A stretch of 64,000 nt of DNA from NCBI GenBank assembly GCA_964016885.1, contig OZ024743.1, positions 144,584,001-144,648,000 of the forward strand. The letters are read 5' to 3'. The DNA comes from Eledone cirrhosa. Lineage: Eukaryota. Positions within the stretch are counted from its first letter, which is position 1, and each line of letters starts with the position of its first letter. The notes beneath the pieces are model-generated. The model was not told the origin of the DNA and did no database searches. It worked only from the letters and a program-made list of their open reading frames with translations. The translations under genes were made by a program, and so were the position numbers. Positions 1-16,626 of the stretch are shown one piece after another.

Positions 1-1880
<1,880 letters not shown>

Positions 1881-2639
1881 CCTAGATATATATATTTATT
1901 TAAAATGTATCGTCGACATTGCTGTATACATATATGTGTGTGAAGTTCGTATATCTAAAGATATACAGTATGATTAATAAATAAATATTCTGAAAGCTCA
2001 GCTATGATTAGAAGGCTCGCGGCAGGTGCCCTCTAGCAGAATATAGCAGAAGCAGAGGAGGATATTAGTCTGTGGATTTTGAACTTAATTCTTCACACCA
2101 GGACAATGTTTCCTCTTGCAAACAGCTGGACTTTAAGACAGGCGAAAATATATACTTTTTTCGTCTGTGTAATTGGGCTGATTAGCCTCATTTACATACG
2201 AAGCTGTGTAAGTTGACTCAAGGTAAAATAGAATTAAAATTTACCTGTGTTGTAGCTGTATACATGTATTTATGTGAATTTTATAAATATTTAGATAGAC
2301 AGTATATTTAATAAATAAATATTTTAAAAGCCCAGCTATGAATGGAAGGCCGACGGCAAGCGCCGTCTAGTGGAATCATGCAGTAACAGCGGAGGACACA
2401 TGTCTACATATTTCGAACTTAATGGTTCTAATTAGGACAATGGTTCCTCTTGCTTATTGCTATAATAAAAGACCTAAAAGACGTAATACTGTCAATGATG
2501 GACTGCTATTACGAATTTATTTTACGTTTTACCAAATATATTAGTGGATCATTGCATGATTAATTGACAAGAAATAGGTGTGATATTATTTAGTGATTAT
2601 GAGAGATATATAAATAATGTAACTGTTTTGTTCTTTCAG

Positions 2640-2750
2640 TTGATCCATGCAGTAGCAATCCATGCAAGAACGGAGCTAAATGTACAAACAAAGGAAATAA
2701 ATTCCAATGTGAATGTCTTCCAGGTTACAGAGGAAACGACTGTTCTATTG
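2640..2750 (+). CDS. Host gene exon, EGF repeat 1 ([37 protein letters not shown])
   Basis: ttctttcag acceptor, G|gtcagt donor, 111 bp phase 1-1, six-Cys EGF spacing. Confidence 0.92.
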
Positions 2751-2893
2751 GTCAGTATTGGTATTTATAGTGATGCACTCATAAGTCTATAAAAATGTCG
2801 CATATTCATATAGAAAGATTTCACATGTTGTCTTTATATTTTTTTCTATATTTATGTGTGTGTATGTATGTTTATATATAGTTCTATACATGT

Positions 2894-2943
<50 letters not shown>

Positions 2944-2974
2944 AAATGTCTATATCTATATATACCCATATATA

Positions 2975-3800
2975 TAGTTGTTATATAGTAAGGTGCAATA
3001 TTGGTTGTGTAAAATGTTCCAATAAATTTATGTTACCAATATTAAGTTCTCTACGCTTTTATATATCTCCAATTCTGTTCAAGGGAACAGCTAGATGATG
3101 TAAAACGGAGTATAAGTATCAAAATGAAAATCCGAAGGCAAGGTAAAATTCCAATCATTTAATCACGACACATGTTTAAATAAAAGATAGATCGATTGTG
3201 AAGCCATGATCTATTATCACTGAACTCATCAGGTGAAAATGAGTTGTCTTCAAATTCTTGATATGAGGGAGAAAAATAACGATGTTCTCTAACAGAATTC
3301 ATTCGGAATTTAAGGATAGATGATATAATCACCGCCATACCTTTAATAGATGAGATTAAAAAAATAGTACGGCACTTTCTGAATTAGTCTGGAAGCTTAA
3401 ATGTCAGAATATAGAGCACTCCTTATCCTGGTCCATAGTTTGCTCAGCCCAACCTTACAACGGCAGCACTGGCGTCTGCAATTTATGTATAGCTGAAACC
3501 TTTAATATTATCAGAGGCGGCTCCCTATTAATTAATAGGAGAGCTGATTTTTTCAGCAACTGCCAACATAGAACCTAGAAAACCTTCCGCAGGATTTTTG
3601 GAAGGTGTCTTCATATGAGGGAATGGATTCTGTGAGAGAACATCGTTAATTTTCTCCCTAATATCAAGAATTTTAAGACAACTCATTTTCAGGTGATGAG
3701 ATCAGTGTCAATCGATCACGGGTTCACAATCGATCTATCTCTTATTGAAACATGTGTCGTGATTAAATGATTGGAATTTTACCTTGCCTTCGGATATACC
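2975..3800. mobile_element. Internally deleted Penelope copy with inverted pLTR (2975-3300 minus; 3302-3800 plus)
   Basis: 2975-3300 is the reverse complement of the 38500-38841 pLTR. 3371-3605 repeats 1-238 and then jumps directly to the pLTR seen at 1688-1880. Confidence 0.78.
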
Positions 3801-4557
3801 TATATATATATATTTATTTAAAATGTATCTTCGACATTGCTGTATACATATATGTGTGTGAAGTTCGTATATCTAAAGATATACAGTATGATTAATAAAT
3901 AAATATTCTGAAAGCTCAGCTATGATTAGAAGGCTCGCGGCAAGTGCCGTCTAGCAGAATATAGCAGAAGCTGCGGAGGATATTAGTCTGTGGATTTTGA
4001 ACTTAATTCTTCACACCAGGACAATGTTTCCTTTTGCAAACTGCTGGACTTTAAGACAGGCGAAAATATATACTTTTTTCGTCTGTGTAGTTGGGCTGAT
4101 TAGCCTCATTTACATACGAAGCTGTGTAAGTTGCCTCAAGGTGAAATGGAATTAAAATTTACCTGTCGCATAGCTGTATACATGTATTTATGTGAATCTT
4201 ATAAATATTTAGATATACAGTATATTTAATAAATAAATATTTTAAAAGCCTAGCTGTGAATGGAAGGCCGACTGCAAGCTCCGTCTACTGGAATCATGCA
4301 GTAGCAGCGGAGGACACATGTCTACACATTTCGAACTTAATGGTTCTAATCAAGACAATGGCCCCTCTTGCTTATTGCTATAATAAAGTACCTAAAAGAC
4401 GTAATACTGTCAATGATGGACTGCTATTACGAATTTATTTTACGTTTTACCAAATATATTAGTAAATCATTGCATGATTAATTGACAAGAGATAGGTGTG
4501 ATATTATTTAGTGATTAACAGAGATATATAAATAATGTAACTGTTTTGTTCTTTCAG

Positions 4558-4668
4558 TTGATCCATGCAGTAGCAATCCATGCAAGAACGCAGCTAAATG
4601 TACAAACAAAGGAAATAAATTCCAATGTGGATGTCTTCCAGGTTACAGAGGAAACGACTGTTCTATTG
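4558..4668 (+). CDS. Host gene exon, EGF repeat 2 ([37 protein letters not shown])
   Basis: Same splice sites and phase as 2640-2750, with 2 aa changes. Confidence 0.88.
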
Positions 4669-4805
4669 GTCAGTATTGGTATTTATAGTGATGCACTCCG
4701 AATACTATGAAATGCCACGTATACATATAGAAAGATCTAATATGTTCTCTCTAATTTTATGTGTATACATGTATATGTATAGTTACATACATGTGTTTAT
4801 ATATG

Positions 4806-4860
<55 letters not shown>

Positions 4861-5478
4861 GAACATATATAAACACATGTATGTACCTATATATATATAA
4901 ACACATGTATGTTACTATACATAGATATATATATATATATGTATACTGAGTATCGGTGGTACGAGTATATGGAAGACCACAAATAAAAGTAGTAGACGCT
5001 CGAGGCATATCTGTGACTACCTTTGTGTCTACCTAATTAATATGTATACGTGTGAATAAATAAACATGAATTTGCACATGTGTGTGTGTGTATTCTCAGA
5101 AAGTTGATATAGATACTAAATTCGGATAAATGGTTCGTGGTGTTGGAGAAGTGCTTCTAAAACTAGGTTTGGTTTTCAAGAAACAAAATTATAGAAATTA
5201 AAAAAAATATATTATTAAAATTAAAATGCATAACGGAAGTAAAGAATGTAAATTCGTTTTACAAAAAAAAATTAAAAAAATGGAAAATTAAATTAAAATG
5301 GATAACAGAGCTAAAAGACATAACTCTGTCAATGATGGCCTGCTATTGCAAATTTATTTGTCCACCTAACAATGATTTTACTAAATATATTTACGGGTCA
5401 TTGCATGATTAATTGACAAAAGATAGGTGTAAAATTATTTAGTCATTAAGAAAGGATTTGACATATTCTCTTTACAGC

Positions 5479-5575
<97 letters not shown>

Positions 5576-5918
5576 AATTAATATATCTACCGACATATGT
5601 ATACAGATGCATACCTATGCTAGCAGATATATATGTTTTGTCTTAGTAACGTTGTGGTTCTATGCAGGGGAATGCAGAACAATTATATGAAAGACGTAAA
5701 TAAGAAAGTTATGAAAATTGACTTACTTACTAAAATTTCACTCCAACTAATTAGTTTCTGTAAGGGGATAAATATAGTTACGTAATAACTATAGAGAAGC
5801 CTTACGTCATCAGGGAGTCTATTCTCAGCTAAGTTTCCAGGCAATGCGGGGACACTGGGAACTTATATAAAAATAATTCAGTGGATGGAAAAAAGCGAGC
5901 GGGGCTAGATTCGAATCT

Positions 5919-7209
<1,291 letters not shown>

Positions 7210-9225
7210 CGTTTCTGAATTTGTTTAGCAAGATTCTTTATCTGAAAACGTGTGTTGAAACCGATATTGTTATACTTTAGGAGGGTCATGTTGCCAATAA
7301 GAAACACATGCACCAGTTACTTTCACTCCAATTTATTATAAATTAAATTATAAATATGAAAATTTATAAATTTCCGGTTGGTTGGCTGGTTCCACAACCG
7401 GACGGTTTTTTCATATATTGTCAAAGTTCTTTTGTCAAACACTCTGTGACCTCTTCAGTGACTGGGGATTCTTTTCTTTGTTTTGTGCCTCGCCTTTGTT
7501 CTGTCCTACGCCATCTTGTTTGTGTGTGTGTGTTGTGTGTTTAGTTTGCGCATGTGTTTCATCCGGGTGTCTGTGTGTGTTTTTATTTGTTTATTTATTT
7601 GTTTATTTACATGTAACTAGTTGGTTGTTTGTTCTATGTGTGTGTTTTCATTTTGTCCTTAATTGTAAGTTGTGATGTGGCTATTCCATTCATGTTTTCT
7701 ATTTAATTTTTGGTTGGAGTTCATTTATGTTTATTGCCTCTGTGATTTGTCTAAACATTGCGTCTTTTCTGTGTGTAGATTTTATTTTTATTTCTTATGT
7801 TCTCTAATTTGCCCCTATGTTCTATTTTAGCATGTTGGTGGAGTTCTGATGATTCTTTTCTATCTTGAAGCTTTCACCAGTGTTCATTTAAGCGTTCTCC
7901 TATACTACGAGCTGTCTCACCTATGTTCACTATATTCTTATCTTTACATTGGCCTTCAGTACATCTCATGCTATATACTATGTTTCTAGTTTTGCAGTTA
8001 ATATGGGGGCTTAGTTTACAGATTATGCATTTCTTATCTATACAGGGAGGTCTTTGAAAAGGGTATGTATTGCTAATAAGTGTTTTTATGGAGGTACCTG
8101 GTCTTTCTACTATCTTAATATTGAGTTTATGTTTATCTAGGGCCCTTCTAAATTTGAAAGCTAATTCACATCTAGGGGTTGTATTGATGAACATTACACT
8201 CTAGTATTTATTGCTATCATACCATGAGTTTATTCTATTAACCTTATTCCTAGTTCTTTCTATTCTATTCCAAAATTTGCTCCTATACAAGGGGCAGGTC
8301 ACATTTGTATCATTATTTACCATTTTTTTCCCATTTGGTTCTGGCTCCTCTATATACTCTGATTTTATCTCTCTGATTGTAACCAGAGAACTGCATACGG
8401 TGGATGAAGTGTTGTATGTGTCTCTCTAGTTCTTTGGGGTTGCACATGCGGGACACGTTTCTCATCACCCGTACTAAATCCGCAACCAGTATGTTGATTT
8501 TGGTGTGATCCGAAACAGCTGAGTTTCGGTGGATCAGATATTTGGAAGTCATGGGTTTGGCATAATGGGAATGGAGGATTTGTTTTTTGTTATTAATGGT
8601 TTCTAACCAGAGCTCTGTGTCTAGTACAGGTATTCGATGGTTGGGGTGTTTGCTGGGTAGTGTATAGTAACTCTAATACTCTAGTGGATGGAGTTAGCTA
8701 TTTGCTGGATTCTTTCCATGTTGTTTTTCTCTAATTCCTGACTGTTCTCTAGTGGGGGTGGGGGGTGGGGTGGGGGTTTACTACGATGTTTATATCATCA
8801 ACCTAGCGAGAGTACATTATCAGGGTTAAGAAGTTGCTGTTTTCTAATTATTCTTTAAGTTTATTGTCCCACCATACCATGAATAGGTTAGCTATGTCAC
8901 CTGCAATGCTAACACCAATGGCTGCTCCCTTCTCTTGGGCATATGTTTTTCCATTAAATTTGAACATATGTTCCTTAAGGGTTAGTTCTATAATGGCCCC
9001 TACCGCATGTGTAATAATTTGCTTTAGTTCATTATGGTTTTCACGGGTCCGTATGGCTCTGGTCCACCCGTTTCCTCTTTCTGTGTTGGTTTTCTTGGTC
9101 ATTGAGGTAATGGTGGGTGGTCTGCCTCTTGCTGGCCTTGTGGGGCAGAGGTTGCTAAGGTCATATGTATCTATATAATCATTACTATAAGTAAGTTTAA
9201 GTAGGAGTCCCAGCTCTGCCCCACA
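7210..9225 (-). mobile_element. Penelope-like element, degenerate (RT + GIY-YIG)
   Basis: ORFs 8848-9258 (FKFNGKTYAQEKGAAIGVSIAGDIANLFM), 8313-8552 and 7874-8194 (CKTRNIVYSMRC...NIGETARSIGERLNEH). Confidence 0.88.
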
Positions 9226-9479
9226 AGCAGTAGTAGCGGAACACACTTGTCTACACATTTCGAACTTAATGGTTCTAATCAGGACAATGGTTCCTCTTGC
9301 TTATTGCTATAATAAAGGACCTAATGATGAATTGCTATTGCGAATTTATTAGATCACCTAAAATGATTTTACCAAATATATTAGTGGTTCATTGCATGAT
9401 TAATTGACAAGAGATAGGTGTGATATTATTTAGTGATTAAGAGAGATATATAAATAATCTAACTGTTTTGTTCTTTCAG

Positions 9480-9590
9480 TTGATCCATGCAGTAGCAATC
9501 CATGCAAGAACGGAGCTAAATGTACAAACAAAGGAAATAAATTCCAATGTGAATGTCTTCCAGGTTACAGAGGAGACGACTGTTCTATTG
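9480..9590 (+). CDS. Host gene exon, EGF repeat 3 (...[12 protein letters not shown])
   Basis: ttctttcag acceptor and gtcagt donor, 111 bp phase 1-1. Confidence 0.9.
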
Positions 9591-10109
9591 GTCAGTATTG
9601 GTATTTATAGTGATGCACACTTAAATGTATAATATATATATATATATATATATTAAGACAGGGGGGAAGAAAAAAATGGCTTCGCTTGTGCTTTCAACAA
9701 ATTTATTTTCTTCACAAAATCCCAAAAGAATTTTTTTCCGGATTAGAAAAATTTTCTTAAAAATATTTTTTTTATAAATTAAGTTGTTGGTTGTTGGTTA
9801 GGTCTTAGGAGTTCTTGGTTAACGTAGGAGGTATTGTTTCGTTTTTAGAAAGACCTTTCACGCTGAGGTGCGCTTGTCAAACTGATGTGTATGTGGTGTG
9901 TTGTTCTATATATAGAGATTTAACATGTCTGTGGTGTGGTGGGGTTTTTTGTTTTTTTTTTCCCCTCGCCCTTTAATAAGTGAAGGGGTGTACATATAAG
10001 GGTGTATATATAAGTTTGAAGATGAAGAATAGTCAGACAAAATTTATCCAATTTTCTCTTTAGACTGTAGAAATCAGCCAGATAAGCAATAATTTAAACG
10101 GAGCTAAGT

Positions 10110-10189
10110 TTTAAATGTAACTTTGAAGATATAATAGATAAATGTTATCGATAACATTTATCTATTATATCTTCAAAGTTACATTTAAA
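10110..10189. repeat. 80-bp perfect palindrome between diverged direct repeats of about 105 bp
   Basis: tttaaatgtaactttgaagatataatagataaatgttatc|gataacatttatctattatatcttcaaagttacatttaaa. Flanks 10021-10128 and 10204-10311 are similar to each other. Confidence 0.9.
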
Positions 10190-10628
10190 TCTATATATAC
10201 ATATGAGGAACAGTCAGATAAAATTTACCTAGTTAATCCTCTCTTAGTCCGCAGAAATTAACTAGACAAATAATCAATTCGACGGAGCTAAGTCTAAAAT
10301 GTAAGTTTGAAGAAAGAAAAAATATGTATATATATGACAAGGGTGGTGCCCCAGCATGGCCTCAGCCGGATGGCTGGAGCAGGTAAAAGAGTAAAAGAGT
10401 AAATATCTATATATACAAATGAATTTCATCAGTTCACAAATATAAGCATGAATTTATAATATAAGATGCCAGCTTACTTTAGCTGCAGCAAACAAGGAGA
10501 TATATAGTCTCGATAAGCCCTGATGATTGAGAAACTATGGCATTGTCGATTACTTCTTCCTATTTTTGCATCCCTTATATTACTGAATATACAATACGCA
10601 CACACACAAACACACAGATAGACGCACG

Positions 10629-10675
<47 letters not shown>

Positions 10676-11025
10676 TTATTCATTCGTGAGTGAATAATAA
10701 TATTATTAATATTCGATTCGTTTGCAAGCAAACAGCCTCATAACACCATGTGATCTAGACGACTATCTTCATCCTTTTTTCCAACGGTAGCAGAGATAAA
10801 CAATTCACAATTGCTTCGAAGTTATTGCCCCCATATCAAGATTGTGCATCTCTCTCTTTTTTGCTACACACTGGAACTCTTCAGAATATATAACATTCTC
10901 TAAAGTATACATCGGCTGATTCATTAGCCTAATTTGCACACCGAGCGAATTTTGGCTGGCTTTGCCGAAAATTAAAAACGAAATTTGTTTTCGCTTTAAC
11001 ATAGCAGATACGTAAATGCATTTGT

Positions 11026-11210
11026 GATTGGCAATATCAGTAGAGGGTCGGACGCCAAGCTTTGACGCTTAGAGTTACGGCCCTTTCCATTCTGAGTTCA
11101 AATCCCGCCAAGGTTAACTTTGCCTTTCATCCTTACGGGGTCGATAAAATAAAGTACCAGTAATGCACTGGGTAATTGCTGGCCTTGTGCCAAAAGTAGA
11201 AACAATTATT
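11026..11210 (+). mobile_element. tRNA-derived SINE (resembles octopus OK/OR-type SINEs)
   Basis: B-box-like gagttcaaatccc and tail aactttgcctttcatccttacggggtcgataaaataaagtaccag, repeated many times in the window. Confidence 0.8.
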
Positions 11211-11309
11211 AATATTCGATTCGTTTGCAAGCAAACAGTCTCATAACGCCGTGTTTTTGTTCCAGCGGCATTATTATTTATTCGCTAATGCATTTACATA
11301 TTCATTTCA

Positions 11310-12170
11310 TAATGCAGAAAAACACAAGGTCATTGTTGGCCGTCAGATTGTGGTGAGATCACGAATAACTCACTTTCTTGAAAGCAACACTCTGCTGAAC
11401 TCCAGCTAACATGGGTTCCGTAATGGAAGGGACTGCCTAACGCAGCTTCTGCGTCACTTTAATGATTTTTAAGAGCTTTTGGAGAGGGTTCCAACATTGA
11501 TGTCATCTACCTTGATTTCAGCAAGGCCTTTAACAAGGTTGATCACAACATTCTACTGAAAAAACTATTCAACATTGGTGTCTGTGGAAAGTTACTGCAA
11601 TGGATCAAGTGTTTCCTGACAAACAGCCCAACGTGTTGTAATCGAAGGAGTACAATCAAGCCCAGCCAAAATCAGTATTGGCGTCCCGCAAGGCACTCTG
11701 TTGAGCCCACTTCTTTTCATTATCTATTCAATGACATTACTGATGTCATCAAGCGCAGAAACATAAGAATCTTTGCAGATGATTCAAAGCCCCAGAAAAT
11801 CATCAATAGAGTGGGAGACCGGACATGCCTTCAATCAGATCTACCGGCTGTTATCAAATTGGGCGGAAAAAATAATATGCTGCTGAACGAAGATAAATTC
11901 GAATTAATCCACTGTGAAAAAGAGGAAGCACTGAAACTCTCATATTCCTTTCCCCCAGGTGAACCCCTCGTATCATCCAACAACATCAGATATCGGCGCG
12001 TAATTGTTGATAACGACATAAGCTGGGCCATTCATATAAACAGCAAAGTGGACATGGCACACAGGATGTGTTCATGGATTTTCATAACTTTCCAGTCGAG
12101 AGATATCCACATCATTATTCTCTTTTCTACTTTTGCCCGACCCCACCTTAAATACAGTTGTTCGCTAGGA
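11310..12170 (+). mobile_element. Degenerate CR1/jockey-like LINE reverse transcriptase fragment
   Basis: Motifs HGFRNGRDCLTQLL, DVIYLDFSKAFNKVDHNILLKKL, GVPQGTLLSPLLF, IFADD, with stops and frameshifts. Confidence 0.82.
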
Positions 12171-12207
12171 GAGATGTATAAATAATGTAACTGTTTTGTT
12201 CTTTCAG

Positions 12208-12318
12208 TTGATCCATGCAGTAGCAATCCATGCAAGAACGGAGCTAAATGTATAAACAAAGGAAATAAATTCCAATGTGAATGTCTTCCAGGTTACAGAG
12301 GAGATGACTGTTCTATTG
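12208..12318 (+). CDS. Host gene exon, EGF repeat 4 (...[26 protein letters not shown])
   Basis: Canonical AG/GT, 111 bp phase 1-1. Confidence 0.9.
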
Positions 12319-12891
12319 GTCAGTATTGGTATTTATAGTGGTGCATGTTTATAGTCGATGATTGTTTCAGCGAAAATCTTTAATATTTTATATTAAATAC
12401 GAATATCACTATAAATATAGTGGAAATAATATTCAATAAAAAAAGACATGCATTCATATAGGGAGAACTTGATGCGTCCCCTCTATGTGAATGAATAAAT
12501 ATTATCGAAATACGAAGTAATTTATGCAGGTTTGTGTTCATAGAGAAGAACATTCGAGGACAAGTGTCAAAATAATACCCATGATGTTTGACTAATACCA
12601 TTTATGAATAGAATATGTATCATATGTATATATTTTCCAAAGTGTCTAATATGGATTGAAATAAGTACGGATATTAAATTGTTACCTGCAAAATTAATAT
12701 AGCAAGCTATCTAAAATTGTATTAGTATATGCCTTAAAATTTCAAGCACCAGAATTAGCAAACAACTAAAACCTTTCCGAATATAGTTAATCTTTTATGA
12801 TACTTTCCACAAGTTACGTATGATAAATTAGTCATTAAATTTACACAATATATATGGCGATAAATTAATATAAATATTTTTGTTGTTTCAG

Positions 12892-13002
12892 TTGACCCAT
12901 GCAGTAGTAGTCCATGCCAAAATGGAGCTATGTGTACAAACAAGGGAAATAAGTTCCAATGTCAATGTCCCCCAGAATATAAAGGAGAGGACTGTTCTAT
13001 TG
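12892..13002 (+). CDS. Host gene exon, EGF repeat 5 ([37 protein letters not shown]), more diverged
   Basis: tgttgtttcag acceptor, gtcagt donor, 111 bp phase 1-1. Confidence 0.92.
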
Positions 13003-13626
13003 GTCAGTAGAATTTGTGAGTGTGTGTGTGCATGTGTATGTTAATAAAATGTTATACTATAGTGAGGTTGTAAGAAATAGTGTTCGATTTTATTCCACAC
13101 ATCTGATAAGCAGATCGATACTGGGATCAGGTCTATCACATCAATAACGACCTAAGGCCAGTCATCTGTGAAGCATATGTAATGTTCAATACGCATAAAA
13201 ATAAAGCTGGTACTAGTATAAAGGAATGAGAAAAGAAAAAATAATGCCTTTATCTAATATTTTTTATGATATTTCAAGGTAATGACTCTCTTTTCAAATG
13301 AGCGTTAAACGCAGAAAACCTAGACGTTCTGTGATTATATATATATCGGTAACATGCTGAAGGCCCGAGAGATGTTTTGATTTGAGTCCATTCGCCTGAT
13401 GACCAGATCGATACTGGACTGGGGGGTCTATCCCATCGATAAAGAACCAGAGACAATCTTCTGTGAAACATATGTAACATTCGATATGCATAAAAACATT
13501 TTAAATTGAGACTTAAATAATACATACATTCGGTTATAGCACTGAGTGATCATATTAATGTCACATCCTCTAATAAACAAAATTACTGAACAGCCTACAT
13601 ACATACATACATACACACGTACACAC

Positions 13627-13657
<31 letters not shown>

Positions 13658-13748
13658 TGTATGTATGTATGTATGTATGTATGTATGTATGTATGTATGT
13701 ATGTATGTATGCATGTGCGTGCGTACGTATATATGTATGTATTTTCGA

Positions 13749-13787
<39 letters not shown>

Positions 13788-13789
<2 letters not shown>

Positions 13790-14147
13790 AACGGAAAAAA
13801 TGAAACGAAATTTCATTTCCCACTCTTAGTACGGCTGTTACTTAAATATAAGTATGTACACGTACATACATATATGTATACAGACGTACAGTAGTATGTA
13901 TATATATATACATACATGCACACATATATATATGTACGTATGGATTCACCGAACATTTATTATAATGCTCGGTGTGTTTGTAAACAAACATCCCGTATTA
14001 AGCCGTAGTGTCTAGCAACCATCGTTGCTCGTTTGTTCAACACTGACAAAGGAACGCTGTACTAGTTTCAAGCTTATTAGCTATCGTCAGTAACGTATAC
14101 CTTCCTGCCAGATTGTTGAACGTATATACTTACCTTATGCATATTAA
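13788..14147 (-). mobile_element. Short non-coding repeat with hammerhead (family A; copies 46385-46738 minus, 48058-48565)
   Basis: Near-identical unit of about 350-400 bp in three places, each next to (TA)n. Confidence 0.75.
14054..14096 (-). ncRNA. Type I hammerhead ribozyme (family A)
   Basis: Minus strand: acgtta CTGACGA tagct aata agctt GAAA ctag TA cagcgt. Confidence 0.75.
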
Positions 14148-14262
14148 CAAATACATATAACAAAATATATATATAACAAAATATATATATATAACAAAAA
14201 GTTTTCATAATTGCAAACGAATCGAATATTATTATTAATATTCGAAAAATTCAGATTTCATT

Positions 14263-14338
<76 letters not shown>

Positions 14339-14415
14339 TGCGTGTGTGTGTGTTAAAAGGTAAACAGAAATAACAACAAAATCGGTACATTTATATATTT
14401 ATTCATTTTCTTCAG

Positions 14416-14660
14416 AGCGACCTCCATGTTCTTGCAGAACATCAGGTGACTCAAACTACAAGACATTTGATGATCAAATGATACATTTTCTCGGTACGTG
14501 CACATACACAATGACAGCGAGCAAACCAGATTATAAGTCTCCATCATTTTCAGTTGAAGTAACAAGTATAAAGGAAAACAGTAAAGGTCTCTTTAACCGC
14601 ATCGTTGATGTGAAGTTACCAGGAAATACAGTCCGTATTTTACCATTCAATAGAATTTTG
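14416..14660 (+). CDS. Host gene exon, VWD domain N-half (ERPPCSCRTSGDSNYKTFDDQMIHFLGTCTYTM...NRIL)
   Basis: ttttcttcag acceptor, gtatgt donor, phase 1-0; C-x3-GD-x2-Y-x-TFD-x5-F-x-G-x-C-x-Y VWD signature. Confidence 0.92.
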
Positions 14661-15120
14661 GTATGTCATATGATCATTTCTTTCTGTTCTATTGCTATAC
14701 ATCAGTTCTTCCATGTATGGAAGCAATTATTTTCTTAATCGTTCTTGAAAAATAGGCATAATTTTTATGAAAATTATTTTTTTTGCTTCTGTCAATATTT
14801 GAATACTGAAGTTATTTAAGTTGTTTGCCATCTGCTTATATAAATACATAGGCGGCGAGTTGGCAGAGTCGTTAGAAAGTTGGATAGAATGTTTTGCGAT
14901 ATTCGTTCCGGCTCTCTGCTCTCAGTTAAAAATCAGTCGAGGTCAACTTTTCCTTTCATCATTTCGAGGTCAATATCACTGTAAAAATGATATAACAATG
15001 TAACTCCATTTTAATGGCTATAATAACTCTCCTATAATAATTATGTTTGTCCTAACGCGATCAATGATAAAATCACTTGTTTTCCTGGTGTAACTCAAGA
15101 ATATGTTATTATATTTCCAG

Positions 15121-15419
15121 GTTAATTCAAAAAGGAGATCTTTGCCAATAAGTGACAATAAAGCATTTTTTGCTTATTTTTCTGTTGGCTCAATAACACT
15201 AACAACCAGTTGGGGCTTAATTGTCACATTCGATGGAACTCACCAAGTTGCTGTGACTCTTCCCCCAACATTTACTAATAAAGTAACAGGAATTTGTGGC
15301 GATTGTAATGATAAGAAAGACGACTACCGCACAAAGTCTGGCCAACCACTATCACATAGCCCTGAAGATTTTAAGCTATTAGGAGAAAGTTACCGAATCT
15401 TTGATCCTAATAACTCAAC
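15121..15419 (+). CDS. Host gene exon, VWD domain C-half (VNSKRRSLP...GLIVTFDG...KVTGICGDCNDKKDDY...)
   Basis: atttccag acceptor, AC|gtaag donor, phase 0-2; GLCG-like motif. Confidence 0.93.
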
Positions 15420-15674
15420 GTAAGAATTTAAACAATTTCTAAACGTCATAAGAATATCTTTTTTTATTTACTAAATAGTTGTTGTTTTGTGTTGTCTCTT
15501 ACACCATTGGACTGCGCTTTGGCTTGTGTCAGACGCTGTGATCCCGGGTGGACCAGCAATATCATTGGTAGGGGTCGAAACTGCCAAAGTCCACTTCAAC
15601 GGCCAATTACCCTGGAGTTCTGTGTCCTGTGTTTTTCGTTCGTTGCCTTGTTTCTCTCTTTGTTCATTTTCTTA

Positions 15675-15752
<78 letters not shown>

Positions 15753-16527
15753 TACGTGTGTAAGGATGAAAGGCAAAGTTAACCTCGGCGGGATTTGAAC
15801 TCAGATCATAAAGGGACGTAATGATAGTTGTAATGACGTGTATGATAAATAATGATTACATATCCGAACCAGAGTTCGGGAGATTAATATGTGAGAAAAT
15901 TCGATGATAAAATAGGGAATACTTATATTCGAGGTCAATATTTTGCCAATTTTCATCAACGTCAAACTTCTACGTGGAATGGTTTGAACCAACATGGCTT
16001 TGAACACGGTCAGAAATTAGTAAAAAGTCATTACGTAATGCGGTTGTGAACAAATTCTATACTCTAAACGACGCCTAAAACGTTAAATATCAAATATTAA
16101 AACTTCATAAATGTTGTCTCCACTCATCAGAATTTCAAAATTGCACCATCTAAACATAATGTGTTGATTACCTGCATCGGTTTGTAAACGGGGTTTGGAA
16201 TTTATAACCAACCCCTATTTTTTCTTAGACATAAAATAGGGGTCGGTTATAACCGGATCGACTTATATACGAATATATACAGTAAATACGTTACTGTATT
16301 AAACTGCAACTATGTTCTTATTTTCATATCACATTATGATCAACAGGTCAGGAGCAATCGTATAACAACTAGACTTAACATAGTGGTTTGGGGTTGTTGT
16401 CTGGTATACAGCAGGTACATGGCTCGGTTACCGCAGACAGTACCGTCAAATCTTTTTCTATCATATTTAGCTGGTACTTAAATGTTTCATTTAATGTCTC
16501 TCTCTCTCCCTCTCTCTCTCTCTCCCC

Positions 16528-16626
<99 letters not shown>

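Noticed and set aside
11080-11110. tRNA gene suggested by the gttcaaatccc T-loop
   Set aside because: No cloverleaf; it is the head of a multicopy SINE.
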